From Kiloniellaceae bacterium (lineage in GTDB: Bacteria; Pseudomonadota; Alphaproteobacteria; Kiloniellales; J153), in contig JAJFGO010000118.1 in assembly GCA_021776095.1 (NCBI GenBank), positions 1,045 to 65,044 on the forward strand: 64,000 nt of DNA, in the 5' to 3' direction. Shown piece by piece: positions 17,513-27,216 of the stretch. A program made the translations under genes and the position numbers. Positions within the stretch are counted from its first letter, which is position 1; the number at the start of each line of letters is the position of its first letter. The notes beneath the pieces were generated by a model, which worked only from the letters and a program-made list of their open reading frames with translations, ran no database searches and was not told the origin of the DNA.

Positions 17513-18342
17513 GGCGTCAGCACCATACCTTCGCGCGCGACCACGGTGCCCGGGCGTCTGGCTTCCGCCTCCGCCGCGACCCGGTCCATGAATTCGTCGT
17601 CGTGTCCGGGATCGTGATGGAAGATGACTAGCCGCCGCGCGCCGGCTTGCTCGCACAGGCGCACGCCTTCCTGCCAGGTCGAATGGCCCCAAGTGCGGTA
17701 TCTTGGGAATTCTTCGTCGGTGTAGGTCGAATCGTAGATCACCAGATCGGCGTTCTCGATCAGCGCCAGAATATTTTCGTCCGGCGTTCCCTCGACATGC
17801 TCCGTGTCGGTTACATAGCAGATCGCCTGGCCGGCGTATTCGATCCGGTATCCAGTTGCGCCATTGGGATGATTGAGTGCCGTGGTCCGCAGACGCACGT
17901 CGGGCCGGGGCGCCAAAATCTCCCCGGCATTGAAATCGTGATAGCTGATGTTACAGGAGAACACCCCGGGCGGCACCGGGAAGAGCGGTGGCAGCATGAA
18001 CTTCGACAGGGCCTCGTGCAGCGTCAGCTGCGGTTGCAGATTTCCGGCCCAGAGCCGGATTCGGTTCTTAGGGTCATACAATGGCGCGAAGAACGGCAGG
18101 CCGAAAATATGATCGAGGTGGGTGTGGGTCAGGAACAGATCGCCGGCCATGCCCGGTTCGCTGGCCAGGGCCTCGCCCAAGGCGCGTAAACCGGTGCCCG
18201 CGTCGAAAATCAAGAGATGTGGGCCGCAGCGCACCTCAAGGCACGATGTATTGCCCCCATAGCGCCGATGAGAATCGCCGGCGCAAGCTATCGATCCGCG
18301 CACGCCCCAGAATTTCACCGAAAAGGCCAACTGGTCGTTCAC
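17509..18342 (-). CDS. MBL-fold metallohydrolase (RNase Z-like, putative cyclic-nucleotide phosphodiesterase)
   Basis: FWGVRGS, YGGNTSC, DAGTG, THTHLDH, DTEH, WGHST, FHHDP; GTG at 18342. Confidence 0.85.
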   Translation of the reverse strand: MNDQLAFSVKFWGVRGSIACAGDSHRRYGGNTSCLEVRCGPHLLIFDAGTGLRALGEALASEPGMAGDLFLTHTHLDHIFGLPFFAPLYDPKNRIRLWAGNLQPQLTLHEALSKFMLPPLFPVPPGVFSCNISYHDFNAGEILAPRPDVRLRTTALNHPNGATGYRIEYAGQAICYVTDTEHVEGTPDENILALIENADLVIYDSTYTDEEFPRYRTWGHSTWQEGVRLCEQAGARRLVIFHHDPGHDDEFMDRVAAEAEARRPGTVVAREGMVLTP

Positions 18343-18523
18343 ATTATTACCGCCACTTGGGCCCGGCATTTCCGGCCGCCGGGTTTTCTACCCCTTATAC
18401 TATGTAAAGGACCGCTTGGCCGGGCCCAAACGAAAAGTGGCGAATTTGGATTGCCCAGTGCCACGTCCATGCGTGAGACTGCCGCCGCCCAGCGCCTTCG
18501 CTGCCACCCGCGATCCGAGACCT

Positions 18524-19750
18524 ATGCCCTCACCCCGCAGCAATTTAACTGTGATCGCCTTCGGCTTGGCCCTGGCCTATCTGGCGGCATACCAGCAATT
18601 TAAGCTGCCCCCGGTGCTGCCGGTTTTGCTGGATAGCTATCGCTACGACCGTACGGTCGCCGGCGGTTTGATGTCGGTCTACGCGGTTGCCGGGCTGGTC
18701 TTATCCTTGTTGTTGGGCCAATCCCTATCGCGGCGTGGCTTGGCGGGGCCGATCCTGGCCGGGCTCGCCCTGATGGTGGCCGGCAGCCTGGTAAGCCTGG
18801 CCGCGCCGACCAACCAAGGTGTGGTTTTGGCCGGACGCGCCCTAGAGGGCGCGGGCTTCGCTGTGCTGGCAATCGCCGGGCCGGTTTTGGCTAACGCGGC
18901 CGCGTCGCCGCGTCACCTGCCCATCGTGGTTGGCCTGACCGCGAGCTGGATTCCGGTCGGCCAGTTGGCGGCCACGGCCCTGGCCCCGGTGGCCTTTGCC
19001 GGGGCCGGCTGGCAACTGCTGTGGGCGGTCGCGATCGCCGCGTCCCTTGTCATGGCCCTGTGGACCTGGGCCTTGAACCGCCGTGGCCAGCTCGACCTTT
19101 CGATTCCCGTCGGCGCCGCCGGTGCTTCGGCGGTACCGATTGGTGCCCGGCAGCGCCGCTGCCTGATTCTGGCCGCGAGTGTTTTCACCCTGTGGTCCTG
19201 CCAGTACTTCGCCTATATGACCTGGCTGCCCCAGTATCTGGTTGAGACCCATGGTCTGAGCCCGTCCCTCGCCGTGGTCGGCTACGTGATTCCGGTGATT
19301 GTCTTGATTTTGACGACCCTTGCTGTCGGACTGGTGCTGCGCACCGGCGTGCCGCTTGGCCTGGTCTTGTTTGTCGGACTGGTCTCCCAGGCTGCGGTAT
19401 GGGCGCTGATTCCGGTGACCGGCGGCGGCGCGTTGGGGATCGTGTCCTTGGTTGCCTACGGCATCGGGGCGGGGATCTGCCCGACCTGCCTGTTCGCCAT
19501 GCCGAGCGTGATTGTCGGGCCCGGCGGTGGGGCGGCCCGGGCCTTTGGCGTCATCATGACCGGGCGCAATCTGGGCGTGCTGATCGGCCCTGTGCTCTTG
19601 GCCCAGGCCTTTAAGCTGGCCGGCGGTTGGGAGATTTCGGCGCCCATCTTCGGCACCGTCGCCGCCTTGGCGGCGGGGCTCGGCTTGTGGCTCGCGTTTT
19701 GGCTGGGTGGGCTCGGCTACGGAGAGCGCGCTTACGGCGCCAAGCGATAA
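18524..19750 (+). CDS. MFS transporter
   Basis: About 12 hydrophobic helices and the GRALEG motif; ATG at 18524. Confidence 0.85.
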   Translation: MPSPRSNLTVIAFGLALAYLAAYQQFKLPPVLPVLLDSYRYDRTVAGGLMSVYAVAGLVLSLLLGQSLSRRGLAGPILAGLALMVAGSLVSLAAPTNQGVVLAGRALEGAGFAVLAIAGPVLANAAASPRHLPIVVGLTASWIPVGQLAATALAPVAFAGAGWQLLWAVAIAASLVMALWTWALNRRGQLDLSIPVGAAGASAVPIGARQRRCLILAASVFTLWSCQYFAYMTWLPQYLVETHGLSPSLAVVGYVIPVIVLILTTLAVGLVLRTGVPLGLVLFVGLVSQAAVWALIPVTGGGALGIVSLVAYGIGAGICPTCLFAMPSVIVGPGGGAARAFGVIMTGRNLGVLIGPVLLAQAFKLAGGWEISAPIFGTVAALAAGLGLWLAFWLGGLGYGERAYGAKR

Positions 19751-20427
19751 CCGCCGGGCTCAGTGACCAGCAGCTCCGCGTTCGAGGGATCGGCCTCGAT
19801 CTTTTGCCGCAGGCGATAGACGTGAGTCTCCAAGGTGTGCGTCGTCACCCCCGCGTTATAGCCCCAAACCTCACCCAAGAGCGTGTCGCGCCCGACCACG
19901 GTCGCGCCACTGCGATATAGATATTTCAGGATCGAGGTTTCCTTCTCGGTCAGGCGAACCTTTTGCTTAGTCTGGCCATGGATCAGCAGCTTGGCGCTGG
20001 GCCGGAAGGTATAGGCGCCGATGGTGAAAACTGCGTCCTCGCTTTGCTCGTGCTGGCGCAGTTGCGCGCGCAAGCGCGCGAGCAAGACCGAAAGGCGGAA
20101 GGGTTTGGCCACGTAGTCGTTGGCGCCGGAATCCAGGCCGAGGATCTGGTCGGCATCGCTTTGGTGCGCGGTCAGCATGATGACCGGCGATTTGACCCCA
20201 TTGCGGCGTAACAGGCGGCAGACCTCGCGACCGTCCATGTCGGGCAGGCCGACATCAAGCAGAATGGCATCGAAATACTCGTGCTTGGTCGCCTCCACCG
20301 CTTTGCCGCCGGTGTCGACTTCGATGGTCAGGAATTCTTCGTGCAACCGCAGTTGCTCGCCGAGCGACTGGCGCAAGGCCTCGTCGTCGTCGACCAGCAA
20401 TATTTTTTTCGCCGCCCCCGAGGTCAT
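19732..20427 (-). CDS. OmpR-family response regulator (no kinase in the window)
   Basis: LLVDDD, LLDVGLPDMDG, YVAKPF and winged helix LETHVYRLRQKIE. Confidence 0.92.
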   Translation of the reverse strand: MTSGAAKKILLVDDDEALRQSLGEQLRLHEEFLTIEVDTGGKAVEATKHEYFDAILLDVGLPDMDGREVCRLLRRNGVKSPVIMLTAHQSDADQILGLDSGANDYVAKPFRLSVLLARLRAQLRQHEQSEDAVFTIGAYTFRPSAKLLIHGQTKQKVRLTEKETSILKYLYRSGATVVGRDTLLGEVWGYNAGVTTHTLETHVYRLRQKIEADPSNAELLVTEPGGYRLAP

Positions 20428-20570
20428 TTGCCCAAAATCTCCATGGTCCCCTAATCACGTGCTCAGGTCCGGGCAGTTTCTTTGCCGGCCCTTTACCGCA
20501 CAACACCCTAATTGGTCACATAATACCGTTTGTGGGGCGGTTCAAGGCGCCCCGTCGGCCGGAACTCTGT

Positions 20571-21452
20571 TCAGGGTGGGCCTAGAAGCATGCCGCGCAC
20601 AGCCTGAAATAGGTCATGGCCGGGCTCGCCCAAGGCATCCACAGCGGTGAAATGCTGCCGGCCCGGCAATTCGATAACCACGGCGTTGAGGCCGCGGGCG
20701 CCCCAGGCTTCGATCAATTGGTCCTGTTGAAACAGGAATTCCTCGGTTTCTTCCGAGCCGACAGCGCAGATCAGCGGCGGTGCCCGCTCGGGGACATGCA
20801 ACAGCGGGCTCAGCACCTCGGCATCCGCCGCGGTCAGGTCCAGAACCTCCTGATGGTAGCTGAGCCGTACCGGCCGCAGATCGTAAACGCCGGAGACGGA
20901 GCAGACTCCCTTGACGGTATCGGCGGGTAAATCCGGCCCCTCCCGAGCCCAATCGGTGGCCGCCGCCATGAGCGCCAAGTGCCCGCCGGCCGAATGACCG
21001 GCGACGAATAGCCGCCCGGGGTCGAAGCCTAGGGTGCCAGCCTGGCGGTGCAGCCAGGCCAGCGACCGGCGGACCTGGGCAACGATTTCCCCAACCTTGG
21101 CCTCCGGCGCCAGCCGGTAGTTGAGGGAGGCGAAGGCCGTCCCGGCCTCAACGAAGGCTGGTGCCAGATAACTGAAATCGCCCTTGTCCAGGCTTTGCCA
21201 ATAACCGCCGTGAATGAAGGCGAGCAGGGCCCCCGAGCCGCCCGGTGCGGGGAAAAAATCCAGGCTGCCGCCCGGTCCGGCGTCGTAGGCCAAATCCAGG
21301 CGGCAGGCCAGATTGGCGCGGATATCGGCGCTTTCCCGGGCCCAGCGGGCGAAGGCCCCCTCGTGATCCGGCCAGCGGGCCCGCAAATTGAGCTGCCGGT
21401 CGATCGCGGCCCGGTTCATGCCCCGGTACAAGGCCTGTGCCATACCCTTCAT
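20571..21452 (-). CDS. Alpha/beta hydrolase, kynurenine formamidase-like
   Basis: HGGYWQ oxyanion motif and GHSAGG nucleophile elbow. Confidence 0.8.
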   Translation of the reverse strand: MKGMAQALYRGMNRAAIDRQLNLRARWPDHEGAFARWARESADIRANLACRLDLAYDAGPGGSLDFFPAPGGSGALLAFIHGGYWQSLDKGDFSYLAPAFVEAGTAFASLNYRLAPEAKVGEIVAQVRRSLAWLHRQAGTLGFDPGRLFVAGHSAGGHLALMAAATDWAREGPDLPADTVKGVCSVSGVYDLRPVRLSYHQEVLDLTAADAEVLSPLLHVPERAPPLICAVGSEETEEFLFQQDQLIEAWGARGLNAVVIELPGRQHFTAVDALGEPGHDLFQAVRGMLLGPP

Positions 21453-21541
21453 CCCACGTTGTTTTTGTCCCCCACAGCCCCAAATTTAGGACAGCCGAGC
21501 GACGATGACACGTGGCGGCCAAGGGCGTAAAGTAGCAGTCG

Positions 21542-22723
21542 ATGATGAACCCTGAACTCCTGATCCAAGAGGCCGCCACAGACCTGGGCGCGGCCCCCGG
21601 CCAGGCGGCGCCCCGCACCGCGGCCCTGCGCGCGGTCGAGCGGGCGATTGGCGATTTGCGCCGAGGCGAGCCGGTCATGCTCCAAGGCCCGAACGGCGCG
21701 GCGCTGGTTCTGGCGGTTGAGCCGGCGCGCGAGGACTCGTTGGCCCGCGCGGCCGAACTGGGCACCGGCACGCCGTGCCTGATGCTGACCGGGCGGCGCG
21801 CGGGGGCACTTGGCCTAACGCCGACGCCTGATGCCGGGGCGGTCGCCCTGGCGGTTGACGGCCTCAACCTCACGGACCTCATTGATTTGGCGGACCCGGC
21901 GCGTGGCGCCAGGTGGCACGGACCTTTGGCCTTGGCGGCGGTACCGGCGCTCGGCGCCTCGGCCGTGAATATCGTTAAGCTGGCGCGCCTTTTACCGGCC
22001 GCCCTGGTCATCTCTCTGGCGGCTCCGGCGCGCCCGGAGGGCGTGAGCGTCGGGTCATGGGCCGCCTGGGCCATGGCCCAGGATGTCTTGGCGGTCGCGG
22101 TGGCTGACATCGCTGAATACAGCTTGGCCGCCTCGGGTCTGCTGACCCGGGTTGCCGAAGCACGCCTACCCCTGGCTGGCGCCGAAGACGCACGGGTTGT
22201 GGCCTTCCGCCCGGGCGATGGCGGCAAGGCCCACCTGGCCATCATCATCGGCGCGCCGAAACCGGACGATAGCGTTTTGGTTCGGGTCCATTCGGAGTGC
22301 TTCACCGGCGACCTTCTGGGCAGCCTGCGCTGCGATTGCGGCGACCAGCTGCGCGGCGCGATCGAGGCGATTGCCCAGGCGGGATCGGGCGTGCTGCTCT
22401 ATTTGTCGCAGGAGGGCCGGGGCATCGGCCTGGTCAACAAGCTACGCGCCTATCAGGTCCAGGATGGCGGCGCTGATACCGCCCAGGCCAACGAGGCGCT
22501 CGGCTTCGACGCCGACGAGCGGATCTACCAGCCGGCCGCGGTCATGCTGCAGCAACTCGACCTGTGCCGGGTCCGCCTTCTGACTAACAATCCGCAGAAG
22601 GTGGCGGCGCTCACCCGCTGCGGCATCGACGTGACGGAAAGGGTGCCGCACGCCTTTCCGGCCAATGACCATAACGAATTTTACCTGGCCACAAAGGCGG
22701 CGCGCTTCGGGCACCAGTTTTAG
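21542..22723 (+). CDS. ribA: GTP cyclohydrolase II with a degenerate RibB-like N-terminal domain
   Basis: RVHSECFTGDLLGSLRCDCG, QEGRGIGL, LLTNNP. Confidence 0.9.
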   Translation: MMNPELLIQEAATDLGAAPGQAAPRTAALRAVERAIGDLRRGEPVMLQGPNGAALVLAVEPAREDSLARAAELGTGTPCLMLTGRRAGALGLTPTPDAGAVALAVDGLNLTDLIDLADPARGARWHGPLALAAVPALGASAVNIVKLARLLPAALVISLAAPARPEGVSVGSWAAWAMAQDVLAVAVADIAEYSLAASGLLTRVAEARLPLAGAEDARVVAFRPGDGGKAHLAIIIGAPKPDDSVLVRVHSECFTGDLLGSLRCDCGDQLRGAIEAIAQAGSGVLLYLSQEGRGIGLVNKLRAYQVQDGGADTAQANEALGFDADERIYQPAAVMLQQLDLCRVRLLTNNPQKVAALTRCGIDVTERVPHAFPANDHNEFYLATKAARFGHQF

Positions 22724-22818
22724 AGGCGGTCCGGCGGCCTTGACCTTGGCCGCCGGGCGCCGCACATAACATGGATCACATTCCCGCAGCTGGCGGGACC
22801 TGGCAGGAGGTAACCGAC

Positions 22819-23379
22819 GTGTTCATTCAGACCGAAGAGACGCCGAACCCGGCGACCCTGAAGTTTCTTCCCGGCCGCGAGGTCCTGAACGGCCGGACCG
22901 CGGATTTCCCTGATCCCGCCCAAGCGGAGGCCTCGCCGCTTGCTCAACGGCTGTTTCAGGTCGAAGGCGTCACCCGGGTCTTCCTAGGCGCGGACTTCGT
23001 CACCATCACCAAGGACGACGAGCGGGAGTGGTACCTGCTGAAGCCCGCGATCCTGGGGGTGATCATGGAGCATTTCACCGCCGGGCGCCCGGTCCTGATC
23101 GACCAGGCGGTCGGAACTGCCGGCGATAGCGCCGATAGCGAGGAAGACACCGAGATCGTCTCCCAAATCAAGGAGCTGTTGGATACGCGGGTGCGCCCCG
23201 CAGTGGCGCAGGACGGCGGCGACATCATCTATCAGGGTTTCGAGGGCGGCGTGGTCTTTCTGACCATGCAAGGCGCCTGCTCCGGCTGCCCCAGTTCGAC
23301 CGCGACCCTCAAGATGGGCATCGAGAACATGCTGCGCCACTATATTCCCGAGGTCGTCGAGGTCCGTGCGGTTCTCTGA
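22819..23379 (+). CDS. NifU/Nfu-type Fe-S carrier protein
   Basis: (M)FIQTEETPNP, VRPAVAQDGGD, GACSGCPSS; AGGAGG RBS before GTG 22819. Confidence 0.92.
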   Translation: MFIQTEETPNPATLKFLPGREVLNGRTADFPDPAQAEASPLAQRLFQVEGVTRVFLGADFVTITKDDEREWYLLKPAILGVIMEHFTAGRPVLIDQAVGTAGDSADSEEDTEIVSQIKELLDTRVRPAVAQDGGDIIYQGFEGGVVFLTMQGACSGCPSSTATLKMGIENMLRHYIPEVVEVRAVL

Positions 23380-23391
23380 CCGCGTTTCGCT

Positions 23392-24495
23392 CTAACGTTC
23401 GGCGGTGGCCTCGGCCGGCACGTAGAACTGACGGCCGCGCCAGCGCCAGCGCCCATCGGGCCCCGGCATGGTGCAGTTGATCCGTGCCCGGCCCGGCCCG
23501 AAGGCGCGGTCCAGGCGGGTTTCGACCCGCCGGTCGCCGAGCCGTTCTAGGGTCAGGTCGGCCCTGCTGGCAAAGCAACTGAGTGCGCCCAACCCCTTTA
23601 CCCCCTCGGCCACCGTGAAGCCGTAAAACGGCGGATTGGTCGCCGCGCTCAGCAGTGGGTCGGCCGGCGTCATGTCGTCGACCGGTAGGGGAAGCGAATT
23701 CGCGATCAGACGAAAGCGATCCATATCGCCGTATTTCTCGCTCAGGGGAAAACGCGGCAAGTCGAAGAGGTTGTCGGTTCGGCCAATCGCACCGGAATGC
23801 TGTCCAAAGGCCGCGATCATGCCCACTTCGCGCGCCGTTTCGCCGATCGCCAGGCTGATTTCGCCGTAGGGATAGGCGAAAATCACCGGCGCCTCGCCCA
23901 GTTCCTGCTTGAGCCGCTTGGCGCCGTCGGCGATTTCGGCTCGTATGGTGGCTTGCGATTGCCGGATCATGTGGCCGTGGGTCACGCCGTGGTTGCCGAT
24001 GTTGACGCCGCCGCCCGCGACCATCTCACGCAGTTGGTCCCAGCTCATGTAATCGGGCAGGGCGCTGTCCAGGGCCTGGGTCGCGACGAAAACGGTAAAT
24101 GGCAGGCCGGTGGCGCGCAGGCGCGGCCAGGCCTCGCGGTAGACCGACAGGAAGGCATCGTCGATGGTGATGGCGACCGTGCGCTCCGGCAGGTTCCGAC
24201 CCTCGCGCAGCGCGGCCACGATCTCGGGTAGCGGCAGCACCGCATAGGGCCCGGAGGCGAGCTCTGCGATGTGGGCCTCGAACTGCTCCAGCCCGATGTT
24301 GGTCGAAGGGTGCCGGGGGTCGCCGAATCGATGGTACATGACCACCGCAGCGCCGTTGTCCGCAGGTATCTCGACGGCGTTCGCGCCGGACGTACATGCC
24401 AGGTATATCGACACGATGGCAGCGGCAATCGCCGTCTTCGCCTTGGTTCGAACTGCCGCCGGTCGAAACCCAACCGGCGCTTGCGTATGTTGCAT
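23392..24495 (-). CDS. Secreted polysaccharide deacetylase (CE4)
   Basis: Signal-like N-terminus; MYHRF, TIDDAF, NHGVTH, FAYPYG. Confidence 0.85.
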   Translation of the reverse strand: MQHTQAPVGFRPAAVRTKAKTAIAAAIVSIYLACTSGANAVEIPADNGAAVVMYHRFGDPRHPSTNIGLEQFEAHIAELASGPYAVLPLPEIVAALREGRNLPERTVAITIDDAFLSVYREAWPRLRATGLPFTVFVATQALDSALPDYMSWDQLREMVAGGGVNIGNHGVTHGHMIRQSQATIRAEIADGAKRLKQELGEAPVIFAYPYGEISLAIGETAREVGMIAAFGQHSGAIGRTDNLFDLPRFPLSEKYGDMDRFRLIANSLPLPVDDMTPADPLLSAATNPPFYGFTVAEGVKGLGALSCFASRADLTLERLGDRRVETRLDRAFGPGRARINCTMPGPDGRWRWRGRQFYVPAEATAER

Positions 24496-24572
24496 AGCCT
24501 GTCTCGAAACTTTATTTCACATAGGGACGGGCCCGCATAGTGCGGCCAAAAGAGTCAAGAAAGGTTTACGTG

Positions 24573-25163
24573 GTGAACAAAATCTTGAGCGACGACGGCC
24601 TCGATTTGGTCTTCCGTGCCGCGCGGACTCACTCTAGCTGGCTCAGCGGCGAGGTCAGCGAGGTGCTGCTCGAAGCGGTTTACGACCTCGCTAAGATGGG
24701 GCCGACCAGCGCCAATTGCAGCCCCATGCGCGTTGTCTTCGTGCGCTCCAAGGCGGCTAAGGAACGCCTGCGGCCGGCCTTGGCCGAAGGCAATGTCGAG
24801 AAAACCATGGCTGCCCCGGCGACCGCGATCATCGGCTACGACACCCGCTTTCACGATCGGCTGCCGGAGCTGTTCCCGCACACCGATGCGAAGTCCTGGT
24901 TCGAGGGTAACGACGACCTGATCCAAGAAACCGCCTTTCGCAATGGGACCCTGAGTGGTGCCTACTTCATCTTGGCCGCCCGGGCCCTGGGCCTCGATTG
25001 CGGCCCCATGTCGGGCTTCGACCGGGCCAAGGCCGATGCCGCATTTTTCCCCGACGGCCGAATCAAGTCGAATTTCCTGTGCAACTTGGGCTACGGCGAC
25101 TCCGGAAAGCTACATCCGCGTGGGCCGCGTCTGGACTTCGCCGAAGCGTGCCGGATTGACTGA
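24573..25163 (+). CDS. Nitroreductase, malonic semialdehyde reductase RutE-like
   Basis: ARTHS, GPTSANCSP, GLDCGPMSGFD, NFLCNLGYG. Confidence 0.85.
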   Translation: MNKILSDDGLDLVFRAARTHSSWLSGEVSEVLLEAVYDLAKMGPTSANCSPMRVVFVRSKAAKERLRPALAEGNVEKTMAAPATAIIGYDTRFHDRLPELFPHTDAKSWFEGNDDLIQETAFRNGTLSGAYFILAARALGLDCGPMSGFDRAKADAAFFPDGRIKSNFLCNLGYGDSGKLHPRGPRLDFAEACRID

Positions 25164-25911
25164 TACACCCAGAATTCTGGCACTGGATAGCGCCGGGGCG
25201 TCGTGCTCGGCCGCGATTTGGGTGGCGGGTGCGATTCTTGCGCGGCGAGGTGAGGCCATGGCCCGGGGCCAGTCGGAGCGGCTTATGCCTATGATCCTGG
25301 AAGTCATGGCCGAGGCCGGCCTGGGCTTCGAAGCGATCGATGCCATCGCCGTTACCCTAGGCCCAGGCGGCTTTACCGGGGTGCGCATCGGACTTGCCGC
25401 AGCGCGCGGCCTCGCCCTGGCGCGCGCCCGGCCCCTGGTTGGGATCGGCAGTTTTTCAGCCCTGGCTGCCACGGTGCCGGCATGGCCGCCGGCCGGCCAT
25501 GTGGTCGCCGCGATCGAATCCAAGCGCGCCGAAATTTACCTTCAGACCTTCGCCGCGCGGGGGTCGGACGGGGTCCCGGTGCCGCACGGGTCCGGGCGGG
25601 CGGTCTCGCCGGCAGATTTGGCTGGCGCCCTGCCGTCTGGGCCAGTTCTAATGGTCGGTGACGGCGCGGCACGGGCCGTCGAGGTGCTGGTGGCGGCCGG
25701 GCGCGCCGCGTCTCGTGCGCCGGATCCCGGCCCCTGTATCGCTGCGTCAGTCGCCCGCCTGGCGGCGGCACGGGCCTTGCCTTCGGTGGACACAGACCCG
25801 CCCCGGCCGATCTACCTGCGGGGCGCGGATGTCACTTTGCCGGACGGCCGCAAAGTTCAAGCGCCAAGCCCGGCCCCGGATCGGGCGCACCGGCCTGCCC
25901 GGCCACAATGA
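25156..25911 (+). CDS. tsaB: tRNA t6A biosynthesis protein TsaB
   Basis: ILALDSA and GPGGFTGVRIG; TTG start inferred. Confidence 0.9.
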   Translation: MTDTPRILALDSAGASCSAAIWVAGAILARRGEAMARGQSERLMPMILEVMAEAGLGFEAIDAIAVTLGPGGFTGVRIGLAAARGLALARARPLVGIGSFSALAATVPAWPPAGHVVAAIESKRAEIYLQTFAARGSDGVPVPHGSGRAVSPADLAGALPSGPVLMVGDGAARAVEVLVAAGRAASRAPDPGPCIAASVARLAAARALPSVDTDPPRPIYLRGADVTLPDGRKVQAPSPAPDRAHRPARPQ

Positions 25912-26429
25912 CCGCGTCCCTGGCCCAGGCTGCCGGTCCTGCAATTCGCGAGATCGAGCCGGGCGATCTTCCCCTAATCGCTCAAATGCATGCGCGCTGC
26001 TTTGCCGACGGGCGCGGTGGCGCGGTGTGGAGCGAGACGGAAATCGCCAAGATCTTGGACCTGCCGTTGACTTTCGGGCTCTTGGCCTGGGCCCCGGACG
26101 ATGGGGCGGCGGGCAACGGTCCACTGCCACTCGGCTTTGCCTTGTGCCGTTGCGCCGCCGACGAAGGGGAAATCCTCTCGCTCGGCGTCGTTGACCGGGC
26201 GCGCCGTGGCGGGGTCGGCCGGGCGCTGGTGGACGCAGCCCTGGCACGCGGTGCGCGTGGCGGCGCCCGGCGGTTCTACCTGGAAGTGGCGGAGGATAAT
26301 TTGGCCGCCCGCAAACTATACGGTGCGGCTGGATTTATCCTGTCCGGCCGGCGGCCCAATTACTATCGGCGTCCGGCGGGGCCAGCGACTGCCCTGGTAT
26401 TTGCCCGCGAGCTACTATCGGGCGACTAA
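25908..26429 (+). CDS. rimI: RimI-like GNAT N-acetyltransferase
   Basis: EGEILSLGV, RRGGVG, LEVAEDN..A..LY, GRRPNYY; follows tsaB. Confidence 0.8.
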   Translation: MTASLAQAAGPAIREIEPGDLPLIAQMHARCFADGRGGAVWSETEIAKILDLPLTFGLLAWAPDDGAAGNGPLPLGFALCRCAADEGEILSLGVVDRARRGGVGRALVDAALARGARGGARRFYLEVAEDNLAARKLYGAAGFILSGRRPNYYRRPAGPATALVFARELLSGD

Positions 26430-26668
26430 TGGCCTTGATTCCGAATTGGCTACCGTTTTGTCCGTTATGGACTGTTTTGCGGCTTAATTATCCGTTTTGT
26501 GTATTGGCTTGGTCTAGCGTAAATGGAGTCTCAAATCGCACGGTTGCAGTCCCGACATGCTGAAATGTGCGAGAGGGAAGTATCTTTTTCCAAATTTCTT
26601 TTGTTGCGTTTGCTGAGATAAGTACTTATATAGAGAGCTAATTCGAGAATAACGCAAAGAAAACAGCA

Positions 26669-27085
26669 ATGTCAGAACAAGCGAAATCCGGCGATCTGTT
26701 AGCATTAACATCCAATATCGTTTCAGCGCATGTTGCTAATAATTCAGTCGCTCTTGCCGACCTACCGCGTTTGATCCGGGATGTCCACGATACCCTAGTC
26801 AATGTAGGAAGCGGGAAGCAGCGCGAACAGGAGCGCCCGACGCCGGCAGTTCCAATTCGCCGCTCGGTGACGCCGGAATTCATTATCTGCTTGGAAGACG
26901 GCAAAAAGTTGAAGATGCTCAAGCGTCACCTCAAAACCGCCTACAACATGACTCCCGAGGAATACAAGGAGCGTTGGGGCCTGCCCGCCGACTATCCCAT
27001 GGTGGCGCCGAATTACGCCAAACAGCGCAGCCGCTTGGCCAAAGAAATCGGGCTGGGCACGCGCGCGCGGCGCGCCAAGGGATAA
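26669..27085 (+). CDS. mucR: Ros/MucR family transcriptional regulator
   Basis: IVSAHVANN, PAVPIRRSV, CLEDGKKLKMLKRHL, DYPMVAPNYA. Confidence 0.95.
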   Translation: MSEQAKSGDLLALTSNIVSAHVANNSVALADLPRLIRDVHDTLVNVGSGKQREQERPTPAVPIRRSVTPEFIICLEDGKKLKMLKRHLKTAYNMTPEEYKERWGLPADYPMVAPNYAKQRSRLAKEIGLGTRARRAKG

Positions 27086-27216
27086 ATGTCCGCCGGGCGC
27101 CAGGCCGTCCGATCACCGCAGGGCCGAATTTGCCCCATAGCCTATTGGGTGGACGGCGCAATTTCCGCTAGGCTGTTGGCTTCCTCGGGACCAATTGGCC
27201 GTCGAATTCCAAGATT

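Noticed and set aside
21453-21541. FMN riboswitch before ribA
   Set aside because: The intergenic region is under 90 bp and lacks RFN motifs.
21148-22305. 385-aa minus-strand ORF
   Set aside because: Antisense to ribA and overlapping the hydrolase gene; low-complexity shadow.
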